From Planctomycetota bacterium (GTDB taxonomy: Bacteria; Planctomycetota; UBA1135; UBA2386): DNA of 64,000 bases. Location of the stretch: assembly GCA_947501605.1 (NCBI GenBank), contig CANMWZ010000005.1, positions 1-64,000 of the forward strand, in the 5' to 3' direction. The notes below the pieces were generated by a model. That model saw only the letters and a program-made list of their open reading frames with translations, ran no database searches and was not told the origin of the DNA. The position numbers were made by a program, and so were the translations under genes. How positions within the stretch are numbered: the stretch's first letter is position 1; every line of letters starts with the position of its first letter. Positions 28,985-39,110 of the stretch are shown here, one piece after another.

Positions 28985-30517
28985 TCAGTTCCCGATCCGC
29001 ATCCGCGCCCCGTTCGTCGTCACGATCCCGCCGCCATTCACCGCCGTCGCATCGAGCGCGAAGTACTGCCCGTAAAAGCTCGTGCCGAGGAACGGCGGCT
29101 GATTCGGGATCGCGAGCACGAGCGACGCCCCACCGAAGTTGGTCGACAGTGCGAAGTCCAGCTCCGGGGCGATGTGCAGCGAGCACCCCGGCAGCCCGAC
29201 CAACCCGAGGTCGATCGGCAGCGGCGTCCCGTTCCAACTCGTGTTCGACACTCCGAGCGACAGCACGCCGATCGAATCGACCGCGGCGTCGGTGTTGGTC
29301 ACCGTCGCGGTGACGCTGCCGCCGAGATCCGGAGCCCCCGAGAACGCGAGCTGTGGCGTGCCTGAGGCCCCGGGGCACCCTTGCCCGAACACGCCGAGCG
29401 TGCCGGCGACGAACGCTTGCTGCACGCCTTGCAGCGCTTGCAAGTACGCCGCGAGCCCGAGGCCGGTGCCGTAGTTGGCGCCGCCGGTCGCCGTGCAGCC
29501 AGCGTGCGTCACGACGCCGTGCACGTCGGTGCCGTTCGTGCCGATGACTGGCGAGCCCGAGTTGCAGCCGGTGACCGTGATGCGGAACTGCAGCAGCGAG
29601 TTGCTCGTGCTCGCGCGCGGACCGGACGCCGACTTCTGCGCGAGGCTCCACGTCGTGTTGACACCACTCGTGCCGTAGCCGACGACCGTCCAGACCATCC
29701 CTTGCGAACCCGGCGGCACGAGTGCTGGCGTGAACCAACTGCCCTGCGCCTGCCCCGGATAGAGCCCGGTGTTCGAGTTGCGCACCGTCGACAGCACGGC
29801 GTAGTCGTTGCCGAGGCCGCCGTTGACCGCGGTGAGACTGCCGGCGCGCAATGCGTACTGGTCTTGCGGCGGCGGATACTGCGCGTTGCCGCCCGCGTCC
29901 GACAGCGGCACGTTGAAGTGCACGAGCTGGCCGCCGATCGAAGCGATGCAGTGACCGGCCGAGCACAGCGTGCGCTCGTCGACGAGGAACGCCGTGCAGC
30001 AGCCGTCGAGCCGACCGGTGCGCGGATCGCTGCTCGGAACGCGAATGTCCGTCGCTTGGCAAACGCCTTCCGTCGGCGTGATCACATCGCCGATGCGCAG
30101 CTTCGAGACCGCGATGCGATTGCCGATCGAACCTGCGGCCGGCCACAGTTCGATGCGCACCGTGTCGCCGTTGAAGAAGGCCGAGACGTTGCCGTAGTCG
30201 GAAAGGCTGTATTGGTCGAACCACTGCACCGCGCCGTCGTGCATCGACTGCAGGCGAAGGCGCGTTCCTGGTTGCAGGGTGCGCACGCTGAACCAGAGCT
30301 GCATCGAGCTCGTGCCGGGATAGTGCACGTCACCGACGTGGACCGGCGCGCCGTCGGCGCGCGCATCGACGAGGCCGGAGTCGAGCGACCAGGGCACGTA
30401 GGTCGGCGGCGGTGGTTCTTGCGCGGCGAGGGCCGCGGTGGTGGCAGCGAGAGCCAGAGCGAACGCAGCGGCCGTTCGACCAGAGTGACCAGCGAGTCCA
30501 GCGAGCATGGCGTGCAT
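28985..30517 (-). CDS. secreted trypsin-like serine protease with C-terminal module
   Basis: Signal peptide; triad CSAGHC / NDYAVL / GCNSGSP; C-terminal FGQGCPG...PDLG...IPNQPPFLGTSFYGQ...TTNG..MRIGN. Confidence 0.9.
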   Translation of the reverse strand: MHAMLAGLAGHSGRTAAAFALALAATTAALAAQEPPPPTYVPWSLDSGLVDARADGAPVHVGDVHYPGTSSMQLWFSVRTLQPGTRLRLQSMHDGAVQWFDQYSLSDYGNVSAFFNGDTVRIELWPAAGSIGNRIAVSKLRIGDVITPTEGVCQATDIRVPSSDPRTGRLDGCCTAFLVDERTLCSAGHCIASIGGQLVHFNVPLSDAGGNAQYPPPQDQYALRAGSLTAVNGGLGNDYAVLSTVRNSNTGLYPGQAQGSWFTPALVPPGSQGMVWTVVGYGTSGVNTTWSLAQKSASGPRASTSNSLLQFRITVTGCNSGSPVIGTNGTDVHGVVTHAGCTATGGANYGTGLGLAAYLQALQGVQQAFVAGTLGVFGQGCPGASGTPQLAFSGAPDLGGSVTATVTNTDAAVDSIGVLSLGVSNTSWNGTPLPIDLGLVGLPGCSLHIAPELDFALSTNFGGASLVLAIPNQPPFLGTSFYGQYFALDATAVNGGGIVTTNGARMRIGN

Positions 30518-30523
30518 CCGGGT

Positions 30524-30529
30524 AGGCTA
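30524..30529 (-). promoter_or_regulatory. -10 hexamer of a putative leaderless transcript
   Basis: gc-TAGCCT-6 nt-ATG(30517). Confidence 0.5.
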
Positions 30530-30623
30530 GCCCGAAGCGCGCTGCGCCGGCAGGGACCCGAGCCGATCGAATGGGTCCTGAGTTCGTCCCGACAGAGGCG
30601 TCGCCATTCACGAGTCGGTCCGG

Positions 30624-30629
30624 TACCGT
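30624..30629 (+). promoter_or_regulatory. -10 hexamer of a putative leaderless transcript
   Basis: gg-TACCGT-6 nt-ATG(30636). Confidence 0.5.
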
Positions 30630-30635
30630 CCGTCG

Positions 30636-30863
30636 ATGACCAAGATCACCGTGCTCGAGAACGGACCTCTGCGCATCGAAGGGACCTTCACCATTTGTGA
30701 CGCCACCGGCAAGGAGTTTGGACTCGGCGGGCGCACGGCGCTGTCGCTGTGTCGATGCGGCAGGTCGGCCAACCTGCCGTTCTGCGACGGCCAGCACGCG
30801 CGCACGGCCTTTCAGTCGGCGTGTCCCGCGCGCGACCTGCCGCCGCCAAAGCCCAAGGCCTGA
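30636..30863 (+). CDS. CDGSH iron-sulfur domain protein
   Basis: NGPL.I.G and LCRCGRSANLPFCDGQH. Confidence 0.93.
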   Translation: MTKITVLENGPLRIEGTFTICDATGKEFGLGGRTALSLCRCGRSANLPFCDGQHARTAFQSACPARDLPPPKPKA

Positions 30864-30907
30864 GGCTCGCGGTCGGCGCCGACCCGTCCACGCCTTCGAA
30901 CCGACGT

Positions 30908-31360
30908 TCAGCAGCCGAACTGACGGAGGTGGTGGTCCAAGTGCCGCCACTGCAGCGCTTGCCATTCGCCAGGCGTCATCGGTCCAAAAAACGGGTGCGG
31001 CTTGGTTGTGATGGTGTTGGGGCCGCCTTCGCCAAAGCGCTGCACCAGCAGCAGCAACTTCTGCTTCTCGGTCTCGAAGTCGCGCGCTTCCTTGACCAAG
31101 AACTCGCGCGCGGTGGGCATGCCGGGCTTCCAAGGCGTGCTGGACAGGAGTTTCTTCTTGGCCATCCGGCCAAACAGCACGCCGATCAGCATGCGCTTCA
31201 ACGGCAGTTCGCCCAGCGCCACCCGCAGGGGCTGCTGGCAGTGCGCGAGCATCTGCGCGGCGGTCATGGTGCCGAACGCTCGCGCCGCGTCGCTGCGCAG
31301 CGACTCGATGCGACGCAGCATCGCCGCGAGGCCCGACGGGTCGAACAGGGAAGCGGTCAT
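30908..31360 (-). CDS. DUF1569 / DinB-like protein
   Basis: FGTMTAAQMLAHC; HPFFGPMT..EW..LQWRHLDHHLRQFG. Confidence 0.88.
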   Translation of the reverse strand: MTASLFDPSGLAAMLRRIESLRSDAARAFGTMTAAQMLAHCQQPLRVALGELPLKRMLIGVLFGRMAKKKLLSSTPWKPGMPTAREFLVKEARDFETEKQKLLLLVQRFGEGGPNTITTKPHPFFGPMTPGEWQALQWRHLDHHLRQFGC

Positions 31361-31371
31361 GGGCACGGCGC

Positions 31372-33522
31372 TCAGCGGCTGCGGTCTTGGAGCAGGTCCA
31401 GCAATCGGCCCGCGGCGTCGGGAATCACGGTGCCGGGGCCAAACACCTCAGCGACACCGGCACTGCGAAGGGCCGCCCAATCCTGCTCCGGGATCACGCC
31501 GCCAGCGACCACGAGCACGTGGTCCTTGCCCTGCTGCCGCAGGATCTGGATCAGCTCGGGCACCAGTGTCTTGTGCGCGCCGGCCAGCGTGCTGATGCCG
31601 CAGATGTGCACGTCGTTCTCGATCGCCTGCCGCGCCACTTCGTCTGGTGTTTGGAACAGCGGGCCGATGTCGACATCGAAGCCGAGGTCGGCAAACGCGC
31701 TTGCGATGACGCGCGCGCCGCGGTCGTGGCCATCCTGGCCCATCTTGGCCACGAGGATGCGCGGTCTGCGGCCGTGCTGCTCGAGGAAGGTGCGCGTGCG
31801 CGCTTGGACTAGGCCGACTTGCTGCATCGATTTCGCGGCCGCAGCATACACGCCGCCGGCGACCGGCGAAGTGACCTGGTAGCGGCTGAACACCAGCTCC
31901 AACGCCGAACTGATCTCGCCGACGGTGGCGCCGAGTTCGACGGCGGGGATCGCGAGTGCCAGCAGGTTGCCGCTGCCGCGCGCGGCTTCGGTCAGGGCGG
32001 CGAGCGCCTGCTTGACCTTGCCGTCGTCGCGCGTGCGCTTCAGCTCGTGCAGGCGCGCAACCTGTTCTTCGCGAACCACCGTGTTGTCGATCGACAGGAT
32101 CTGCAACGGCTCCTTCCGGTCGGGCTTGTACTTGTTGACGCCCACGATCGTCTCCTTGCCGCTGTCGATCTGCGCCTGCCGTCGCGCGGCCGCTTGCTCG
32201 ATGCGCAACTTCGGCAGCCCGCTCTCGATCGCCTTGGTCATGCCGCCGAGTGCCTCGACCTCCTGGATCAGGGCCCAGGCGCGCTGCGCCAACTGATCTG
32301 TGAGCCACTCGACATAGTGCGAGCCTGCGAGCGGGTCGGCCGTGTGCGTCACGTGGCTCTCTTCCTGCAGGATCAACTGCGTGTTGCGGGCGATGCGGGC
32401 AGAGAACTCCGTCGGCAGCGCCATCGCTTCGTCGAGCGAGTTGGTGTGCAGCGACTGCGTGCCGCCGAGCACCGCCGCGAGCGCTTCGAGGCACGTGCGC
32501 ACGACGTTGTTGTAGGGATCCTGCGCGGCAAGCGACCATCCCGACGTCTGGCAGTGCGTGCGCAGCGCCAGCGACTTCGGGTCCTTGGCGCCAAACGCGT
32601 GCACGATCTTGCTCCACAGCAAACGCGCCGCGCGCAGTTTGCAGACCTCGGTGAAGAAGTTCATGCCGATGCCGAAGAAGAACGACATGCGCGAGGCCAG
32701 CTTGTCGACGTCGAGCCCGGCTTGAATGCCGGTGCGCAGGTACTCGAGCCCGTCGGCGAGCGTGTAGGCGAGTTCTTGTTCGGCGGTCGCACCGGCCTCG
32801 TGCATGTGATAGCCGCTGATCGAGATCGTGTTGAACTTCGGCGTGTGTTGGCCGCAGAACGCGAAGATGTCGCGCACGATCCGCATGCTCGGTCCGGGCG
32901 GGTAGATGTAGGTGTTCCGGACCATGAACTCCTTCAGGATGTCGTTCTGGATGGTCCCTTGGAGTTGCGCGAGCGGCACGCCCTGCTCCTTGCCGACCGC
33001 GAAGAACAACGCCAGCACGGGGATCACCGCACCGTTCATGGTCATCGACACCGACACCTTGCCGAGCGGGATCCGATCGAACAGCGTGCGCATGTCGAGG
33101 ATCGAGTCGATCGCCACGCCGGCCATGCCGACATCGCCGGCAACGCGCGGGTGATCACTGTCGTAGCCGCGGTGCGTGGGGAGGTCGAAGGCGACGCTGA
33201 GTCCCTGCTGCCCCTGCGCCAGCGCCTTGTGATAGAAGGCGTTGGTCTCCTTCGCGGTCGAGAAGCCTGCGTACTGGCGCACCGTCCAGGGCTTCTGTGC
33301 ATACATCGTCGCGTACGGACCGCCGAGGTAGGGGGGCAAGCCTGGTAGCGAGTGCTGGTGCGGCAGGTCCGCCGTGTCGCTCGCGGTGTAGAGCACCTTG
33401 TGGTCGATGCCGTCTGGCGAGGTCCACGGCGGCGTCTCGCCGGCGGCCCGTTGCCATTGGTCGATGCTCGTGCGCGGGAACTCGGCAAAGCCGTAGGGGA
33501 GCTGTTGGAAGTCTGGGTTCAT
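31372..33522 (-). CDS. scpA: methylmalonyl-CoA mutase (B12-dependent)
   Basis: [10 protein letters not shown] (Tyr specificity residue), [26 protein letters not shown]12 motif GQDGHDRG. Confidence 0.97.
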   Translation of the reverse strand: MNPDFQQLPYGFAEFPRTSIDQWQRAAGETPPWTSPDGIDHKVLYTASDTADLPHQHSLPGLPPYLGGPYATMYAQKPWTVRQYAGFSTAKETNAFYHKALAQGQQGLSVAFDLPTHRGYDSDHPRVAGDVGMAGVAIDSILDMRTLFDRIPLGKVSVSMTMNGAVIPVLALFFAVGKEQGVPLAQLQGTIQNDILKEFMVRNTYIYPPGPSMRIVRDIFAFCGQHTPKFNTISISGYHMHEAGATAEQELAYTLADGLEYLRTGIQAGLDVDKLASRMSFFFGIGMNFFTEVCKLRAARLLWSKIVHAFGAKDPKSLALRTHCQTSGWSLAAQDPYNNVVRTCLEALAAVLGGTQSLHTNSLDEAMALPTEFSARIARNTQLILQEESHVTHTADPLAGSHYVEWLTDQLAQRAWALIQEVEALGGMTKAIESGLPKLRIEQAAARRQAQIDSGKETIVGVNKYKPDRKEPLQILSIDNTVVREEQVARLHELKRTRDDGKVKQALAALTEAARGSGNLLALAIPAVELGATVGEISSALELVFSRYQVTSPVAGGVYAAAAKSMQQVGLVQARTRTFLEQHGRRPRILVAKMGQDGHDRGARVIASAFADLGFDVDIGPLFQTPDEVARQAIENDVHICGISTLAGAHKTLVPELIQILRQQGKDHVLVVAGGVIPEQDWAALRSAGVAEVFGPGTVIPDAAGRLLDLLQDRSR

Positions 33523-33600
33523 CGGACGCGACCAATGTAGCGAGCGGGACTCGACGGCCTCAGCACGAACCCACCGTCGGCGGACCCCGGCGGGGCATCG

Positions 33601-34503
33601 TCACACCCGCCGCAGCCAGATGCTGGTGCCGATGCCCGGCGCTTCGGGCAGGGCGCGCATGCATGCCGCGGGATCGCGTTCGGCGAGGTAGGCCGGATGC
33701 AGTTCGATGACGAAGGCGCTGCTGTGCTGCAAGAGCGCGCGCAGCAGGTAGGCCTCGTTCCAGGCCCAGCGCTGCGCGACCCACTGGCGGGGATACTCGA
33801 AGGCCGCCGGGATGTCGTGGACGTGCAAGAACACGCCTCGACGCAATCGCGGCAAGACCTCGAAGAAGAGGTAGTTGACGTCGCTGCCGAGTTTGCTGAC
33901 GTGGCTCGAATCGATGAACAGGACATCGCCGGAGTCGAGTTCGAGAAACCGTTCGAGCGGCAGGTCCTGCACGCGGTGGCGTACGACCTCACAGTGCAGC
34001 AGGTCGCGCGGACTCAGCAGCGCATCGATGCGCGTCGAGTCGGGGTCGATGAAGGTCGCCTGCGTGGCGATCTCCGGATGGCGCTCTTGCGTGTCGAGAA
34101 ACACTGCCGAGGAGAAGCCCGAGCCGATCTCGATCCAGCGCCGCGGGCGAAAGTGGCGCAGCATGGCGTAGAGCACGAAGGCGTCCGCATACTGGAAGAC
34201 GGCGTTGTCCCAGTAGTAGCGTCGCCCGGCGGTCGCGTGGCGCGGGAACGCGGCGTCCTTGGCGTACGGCAGCAGTTCGCGCAGGCGTTGCCATTGCTGC
34301 GCCTCGCGCCGATCTATGCCAGGCAGTTCGCGGTCGCCGTCGCGAAAGATGTTCGCTTCGTCGCGCTGCACTTCGTCGAAGTCGGGGATCGGCGAATGGA
34401 AGTGCCCTGGCGGGAACGGGCCGATGCGCGCGTGCAGTGCGGCGAGCTCTGAGCGCAGGCGTTCGTTGTCGGCGCGCAGGCGTTCGAGTTCCGAGGGCTC
34501 CAC
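33601..34503 (-). CDS. class I SAM-dependent methyltransferase (Methyltransf_24-like)
   Basis: PPGHFHSPIP, IEIGSGFSS, LFIDSSH, HVHDI, WNEAYLL. Confidence 0.88.
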   Translation of the reverse strand: MEPSELERLRADNERLRSELAALHARIGPFPPGHFHSPIPDFDEVQRDEANIFRDGDRELPGIDRREAQQWQRLRELLPYAKDAAFPRHATAGRRYYWDNAVFQYADAFVLYAMLRHFRPRRWIEIGSGFSSAVFLDTQERHPEIATQATFIDPDSTRIDALLSPRDLLHCEVVRHRVQDLPLERFLELDSGDVLFIDSSHVSKLGSDVNYLFFEVLPRLRRGVFLHVHDIPAAFEYPRQWVAQRWAWNEAYLLRALLQHSSAFVIELHPAYLAERDPAACMRALPEAPGIGTSIWLRRV

Positions 34504-34507
34504 GGGA

Positions 34508-35422
34508 TCACCTTACCGCGAGGGCGGCAGTCCGGCGCTGCTGCAGAAGGTTGTCGATCGTGTAGATCGCGAGCCCGGCCCAGATGCCGGCGAAGCACAG
34601 CGCGCGCGAGGCGGGGAACGGCTCGCCGTACACGTACACGCCAAGCGCGAGTTGCACGCTCGGCGACAGGTACTGCAGGAGGCCCATCGTGGTCATGCGG
34701 ATGCGCTGTGCGCCGTAGCCGAACCACAACAGCGGGATCACAGTGACTACACCCGTGCTCGCGAGCCAGACGAGGTCGGAGGACGTTCCGCGCGAGAGGG
34801 CGCCGTCGCCATTCGCGAACCGGACGGCGAGGAAGGCCAGTGCGATCGGCGCCACGAGCAGCGTCTCGCTCGCGAGCCCGGCCAGCGCGCCGAGCTTCGA
34901 GCGCTTGCGCAGGAGGCCATAGGTGCCCCAGGTCGCCGCGAGCCCGAGCGCGAACCACGGCACGGCGCCGAACTCGATCACCATCGCGAGCACGGCGAGC
35001 GCGGCGAGGGCGATCGCGACCCCCTGCGCGGGCCGCAACCGTTCGCCGAGGACGAAGCGCCCGGCGGCGACGTTGACGAGCGGAACGAGGAAGTAGCCGA
35101 GGCTGCACTCGATCACGCGGCCGCTGTTGACGCCGATCACGTAGAGCAGCCAGTTGCTGGTCAGCAGCAGCGCGGTGAGAAAGTTGCGCAGAGCCTGCTT
35201 CGGTTCGCGCACGACGGCGAGGACGGCCTGCAGTTCGCCGCGCAGCGCGCACAGGGTCAGCAGCACGAATAGCGACCACAGACCGCGGTGGGCGATGACC
35301 TCGTACGAGTCGAGGTGCGAGAGGCGCTTCCAGAACAGCGGCACCACGCCCCAGAACAGGTAGCACGCGGCGGCGGCGAGGGCGCCACGCGCGTTCTCGG
35401 GATGGGGGGCGGGGCCGGTCAC
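34508..35422 (-). CDS. rarD: EamA-family transporter RarD
   Basis: YLFWGVVPLFWK, HRGLWS, NWLLY, SLGYFLVPL, YGLLRK, GLLQYLSP. Confidence 0.93.
   Translation of the reverse strand: MTGPAPHPENARGALAAAACYLFWGVVPLFWKRLSHLDSYEVIAHRGLWSLFVLLTLCALRGELQAVLAVVREPKQALRNFLTALLLTSNWLLYVIGVNSGRVIECSLGYFLVPLVNVAAGRFVLGERLRPAQGVAIALAALAVLAMVIEFGAVPWFALGLAATWGTYGLLRKRSKLGALAGLASETLLVAPIALAFLAVRFANGDGALSRGTSSDLVWLASTGVVTVIPLLWFGYGAQRIRMTTMGLLQYLSPSVQLALGVYVYGEPFPASRALCFAGIWAGLAIYTIDNLLQQRRTAALAVR
34510..34515 (-). promoter_or_regulatory. -10 hexamer of a putative leaderless transcript (inside the rarD 3' end)
   Basis: gg-TAAGGT-6 nt-GTG(34503). Confidence 0.4.
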
Positions 35423-35542
35423 GGGGGGCGGGAAGGGTGGCCTTTGGGAAGGGGCGCGTCAACGGCGTGGTCGGCACCGCGAGTGAGCTATGCTGCGCCC
35501 CCTCGTTCCACCTGCAACCCGGAACACCTTGGAGTCGAATCC

Positions 35543-36883
35543 GTGAAGACCGCGTACCTGACCGCCGCCGCCCTGCTGCTCGTTCCCGCTCTCGTCGCCC
35601 AGGACCCCGCGCGTTTCGCCGCGCCCGTTCGCCTCGAGGCCGGCGCCAAGAAGCTCGGCGCCAAGTCCCTCGGCGAAGGGCGCCTCTATCCGTCCCCCGT
35701 GCTGCACGACGTGAACGGCGACGGCCTGCTCGACGTCGTCGTCGGCGACCTGCGCGGGCGCATCACGTTCGCGCTGCGCGAGAAAGGCACCGGCGCTCCG
35801 CACTTCGCCGCCGAGCAGAAGTGGATGGGCGCTGACGGCAAGGAACTCGACTTCCACAACTGGTGATGCATCGGCATGAGTCCACAGTTCGTGGACTTCG
35901 ACGCGGACGGCACGCTCGACATGGTTGCGGGCATCTTCGACGGCTCGCCGCACCTCGCGCGCGGCACCGACAAAGGGCACGCACCGCCCGAGCAGATCCT
36001 GGATCGCGACGGCGCGCGGATCGTGATGAACGCGATGTGGGACTTCGACAGCAAGCCGCCGAAGTGGGTGGAGCAGACGCGCTGTGACCCCGAGGGCGGC
36101 ATGCTGCAGCGCGGGCACATCACATCGGCCTGGGCCTTTGACTGGGACGCCGACGGCGATCTCGACCTCTTGCTGGGCGACCACGATCACGGGCAGGTGA
36201 TGCTGCGACGCAATGAGGGCAAAGCGGGCGCGCCCGCGTTCGCGACCAGAAACGAGTACGTGCGCGTCGGCGAGCAGCCGCTCGTCGTGAAGGGCACCGT
36301 CACGACGCTGCGCACGATCGACTGGGACGGCGACGGCCTTTTGGACCTGTTGGTCGGCAGCATGGGCGATGCCTATGGCGGCGGCGAGGGCGGCGGGGTC
36401 TACGTCTGCCGCAACGCCGGGGCGAAGGGCGCGCCGCGCTTTCAGCCGCCGACCGTGCTGATCGAGCCGAGCGCGCGCGGGCACAAGGATGCTGTTCGCC
36501 CCGACGCCGGCCTCTACATGGACGCAGCCGATCTCGACGGCGACTCGGACCTCGACCTCGTAGTCGGCGGCTACTCGACGTGGACGCCGGAGCCGCCCGC
36601 GCTCGACGACATGCAGAAAGCGCGCGTCGCCGAGTTGCAGAAGCAGATCGCGGGCCTCGACGAGGAGTCGCAGCGCTACTTCGAGGCCCTGCGCGAGGCA
36701 ACGAAGGGGCTCGACGACGAGGCCTACACCAAGGCCTACGCCGAGTTCCAGAAGGGCGAGGCCGGAACGGCGCGGAGCGCGCGGCAGAAGCGGCAGCAGA
36801 CGCTGCGCGAGGAACTCGAACCGCTCGTGCCGGGGATGAAGCGGCAGTCGTTCACTTGGTACTACGAGAACCTCGCGAAGTGA
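35543..36883 (+). CDS. secreted FG-GAP/VCBS-repeat protein, putative selenoprotein (Sec at codon 108, W-U-C)
   Basis: GGAG then GTG 35543 with signal peptide; D.(N/D).DG..D..(V/A)G repeats on both sides of an in-frame TGA at 35864-35866, which continues in frame (TGC ATC GGC ATG...) into ORF 35876-36883; SECIS-like hairpin directly after the TGA. Confidence 0.75.
35867..35905 (+). promoter_or_regulatory. putative bacterial SECIS element
   Basis: Upper stem AGTCCAC/GTGGACT closing loop AGTTC (G at loop position 2), loop 19 nt after UGA; imperfect lower stem TGCATCGG/TCGACGCG. Confidence 0.7.
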
Positions 36884-37494
36884 CCGCGCGCTGGGAGCTC
36901 CTCCCGCGCGCGCAGCAGCGCGTGATGCCGTGGCAGAACGGCTTTGGCACCACGCGCCAGGTCGCGATCGATCCGCCCGATGGCTCGCTCGCCACGGGGT
37001 TTCGCTGGCGCATCAGCGTGGCAATGGTGGGGCAGGGCGGACCGTTCTCGCACCTGCCCGGCGTCGACCGTGCGCTGTGGCTCGTGCGCGGCAACGGCAT
37101 GCGGCTCGCGATGCCAGATCGCGAGGTCGTGCTCGCCGAACCGTTTGCGCGCCTCGACTTCCAAGGCGAGACGCCGATCGAGGCCGCGCTGCTCGACGGC
37201 CCGTGCGAGGACTGCAACGTGATGACGCGGCGCGGCGAGGTGGTGGCGGCAGCGCGCGTCGTGCAGCTTGCGGCGCACGAGCGACTCGGCGTCGAGAGCG
37301 CGCCACAGCAGGTGCTGCTCGTGCTCGCCGGCAGTGTGCGTGTGGAGGCGCGGGCCCTCGCGCTCGGCGAAGGGGATGCACTCCTTGTGGAGGGGGATGC
37401 CGAGTTCGCGGTCGTCGCGTCCGAGGCATCGACGGTGCTGCTGGCTGCGTTCGTGTCGCGTCGTGACTCGTTCGCGGGCGAGTTGCATCCTTAG
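36880..37494 (+). CDS. hutD: HutD/Ves family protein
   Basis: MPWQNGFGTTRQVA, FRWRISVA, GPFSHLPGVDR, DCNVMTRR; GTG overlaps the upstream stop. Confidence 0.88.
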   Translation: MTARWELLPRAQQRVMPWQNGFGTTRQVAIDPPDGSLATGFRWRISVAMVGQGGPFSHLPGVDRALWLVRGNGMRLAMPDREVVLAEPFARLDFQGETPIEAALLDGPCEDCNVMTRRGEVVAAARVVQLAAHERLGVESAPQQVLLVLAGSVRVEARALALGEGDALLVEGDAEFAVVASEASTVLLAAFVSRRDSFAGELHP

Positions 37495-37805
37495 GTGTTG
37501 GAGGAGTGCTTGCAGCTGTGGGGGATTGTGCGGTTGCCGCCGGCGATGGGGACGGGAAGCGGGGGCCACGCGGAGCCTGTGGAGCGAGGTTGCGGTCAAG
37601 GTCTCGAGAAGCTCCTTCCGTCGCTACGCATCAAGTCGATCGCGAAGACGCGACCAGTTCCGCTGCAGCTTGACGAAGGCTTGGTCGGTCGGGACGCTGA
37701 TATGCCTTCGGGTCCAATGGGGCATAGAGCGCTCTGACTTTCGGGCCCGAGGACCATCAACCATCCCGCAGCTTCCTCACGCGGGGATCGAACCCAGAAC
37801 TCGAC

Positions 37806-38981
37806 ATGATCCTTCGTACTTCCCTAGTCCTCTCCCTGTGCTCTGTGGCCGCGTTGGCGCAGACCAATCGCTCGGTGACCCTCGGTGTCGCGCCTGGCCT
37901 CGGGGTCACGTCGACCTACACGGCGGCGTATCCGACTTCGGCGGCGGGGCGCTTTGGGTTCTTCCTGCTGACGCTGCCGGAACTCACCGCGCAGCCGCTG
38001 ACGGTGCCGGGCTTCACTTCGAACGGGCTCGTGCGCGTCGACTTGAACAACCAGTTGCTGAACTCGTTCTGGTTGCTCGATGGGTCAGGGAGTCAGGGCT
38101 TCTCGGTGCCGATCCCGACGGACTACGTGTTCCAGGGGTTCTCGTTCGACGTGCAGACGGTGGACGTGGACTTTGGCGCGAGTGACCTCGCCTGGGCGGA
38201 CAATGATCTGGAGTTGACGATCGGGCAGGGGGTTGTCGGGCAGGGGCTCAACATGGTTCGGATCCCGGCGGGGACGTTCCAGATGGGGTCGCCTGAGCCG
38301 TTGAACGTAGCGCCGTTCTACAACCAGCCTAATGCACAACCCGTGCATGCCGTGACGATCACCCTTCCGTTCTGGATGGGGAAGTACGAAGTCACGCAGG
38401 CGGAGTATCAGGCGCTAATGGGCTCGAACCCCTCTGTCTGGATCGGGGCCCAGCACCCTGTGAACAACGTAGATTGGAACGACTCTGTGACTTACTGCGC
38501 GGCACTCACTGCAGTGGAGAGTGCGGCAGGGCGTGTGCCGGCTGGCTATCAGTATCGTCTGCCGACCGAGGCAGAGTGGGAGTACGCCTGCCGTGCCGGT
38601 GGCGCTACCGAGTTCAGTCACGGGCAGACTCTGGTCTGTAGTCAGGCCAACTTCAACTTCAGCACCGATTCCGTCATGTTCTGTGGGATCAATTCGATTG
38701 TCGCCGTCGGGAGTTACGCTCCGAACGGGTTCGGCCTGCACGACGTACATGGCAACGTCCAAGAGTGGTGCCTGGACGCTTGGGATGGTTCGGCGAACTA
38801 CCCCGCATCGCCAGTCTCTGATCCCTGGGTTTCTAGTGGACCGCTTCGAGTCCTCCGTGGTGGGCACGACCAGGTCTCCTCGGTGTATTGCCGCTCCGCC
38901 TATCGGCAAACAGGCCAGCCGAGCAGGGAGAACAGCACCATGGGGTTCCGGGTCGTTCTCGCCCCAGTTCTCGTCCCGTGA
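37806..38981 (+). CDS. secreted FGE-sulfatase (C-type lectin fold) domain protein; candidate DGR target
   Basis: Signal peptide; IPAGTFQMGS, FWMGKYEVTQAEY, YRLPTEAEWEYACRAG, PNGFGLHDVHGNVQEWC, C-terminal RGG...CRSAYR...GFRVV. Confidence 0.9.
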   Translation: MILRTSLVLSLCSVAALAQTNRSVTLGVAPGLGVTSTYTAAYPTSAAGRFGFFLLTLPELTAQPLTVPGFTSNGLVRVDLNNQLLNSFWLLDGSGSQGFSVPIPTDYVFQGFSFDVQTVDVDFGASDLAWADNDLELTIGQGVVGQGLNMVRIPAGTFQMGSPEPLNVAPFYNQPNAQPVHAVTITLPFWMGKYEVTQAEYQALMGSNPSVWIGAQHPVNNVDWNDSVTYCAALTAVESAAGRVPAGYQYRLPTEAEWEYACRAGGATEFSHGQTLVCSQANFNFSTDSVMFCGINSIVAVGSYAPNGFGLHDVHGNVQEWCLDAWDGSANYPASPVSDPWVSSGPLRVLRGGHDQVSSVYCRSAYRQTGQPSRENSTMGFRVVLAPVLVP

Positions 38982-39110
38982 ACAGGTAGGCCGAGCCCGC
39001 GCGTTGGCGTAGGCCCGTAGGCCCGAGCGGAGCAGGGCCGGAGGTGCCGGAGCCGGAGGGCGGGCGGGCTTCGCCGGCGACCTCAGAACCCCAGTAGAGG
39101 AACAGAGAGC

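Noticed and set aside
33523..33600. Cobalamin riboswitch upstream of scpA (also checked upstream of icmF, 54905-55056)
   Set aside because: No B12-box-like sequence is visible, and -10-like hexamers lie close to the start codons.
37495..37737. 80-aa ORF between hutD and the FGE gene
   Set aside because: Atypical codon usage and no recognisable motif; probably intergenic or decayed sequence.
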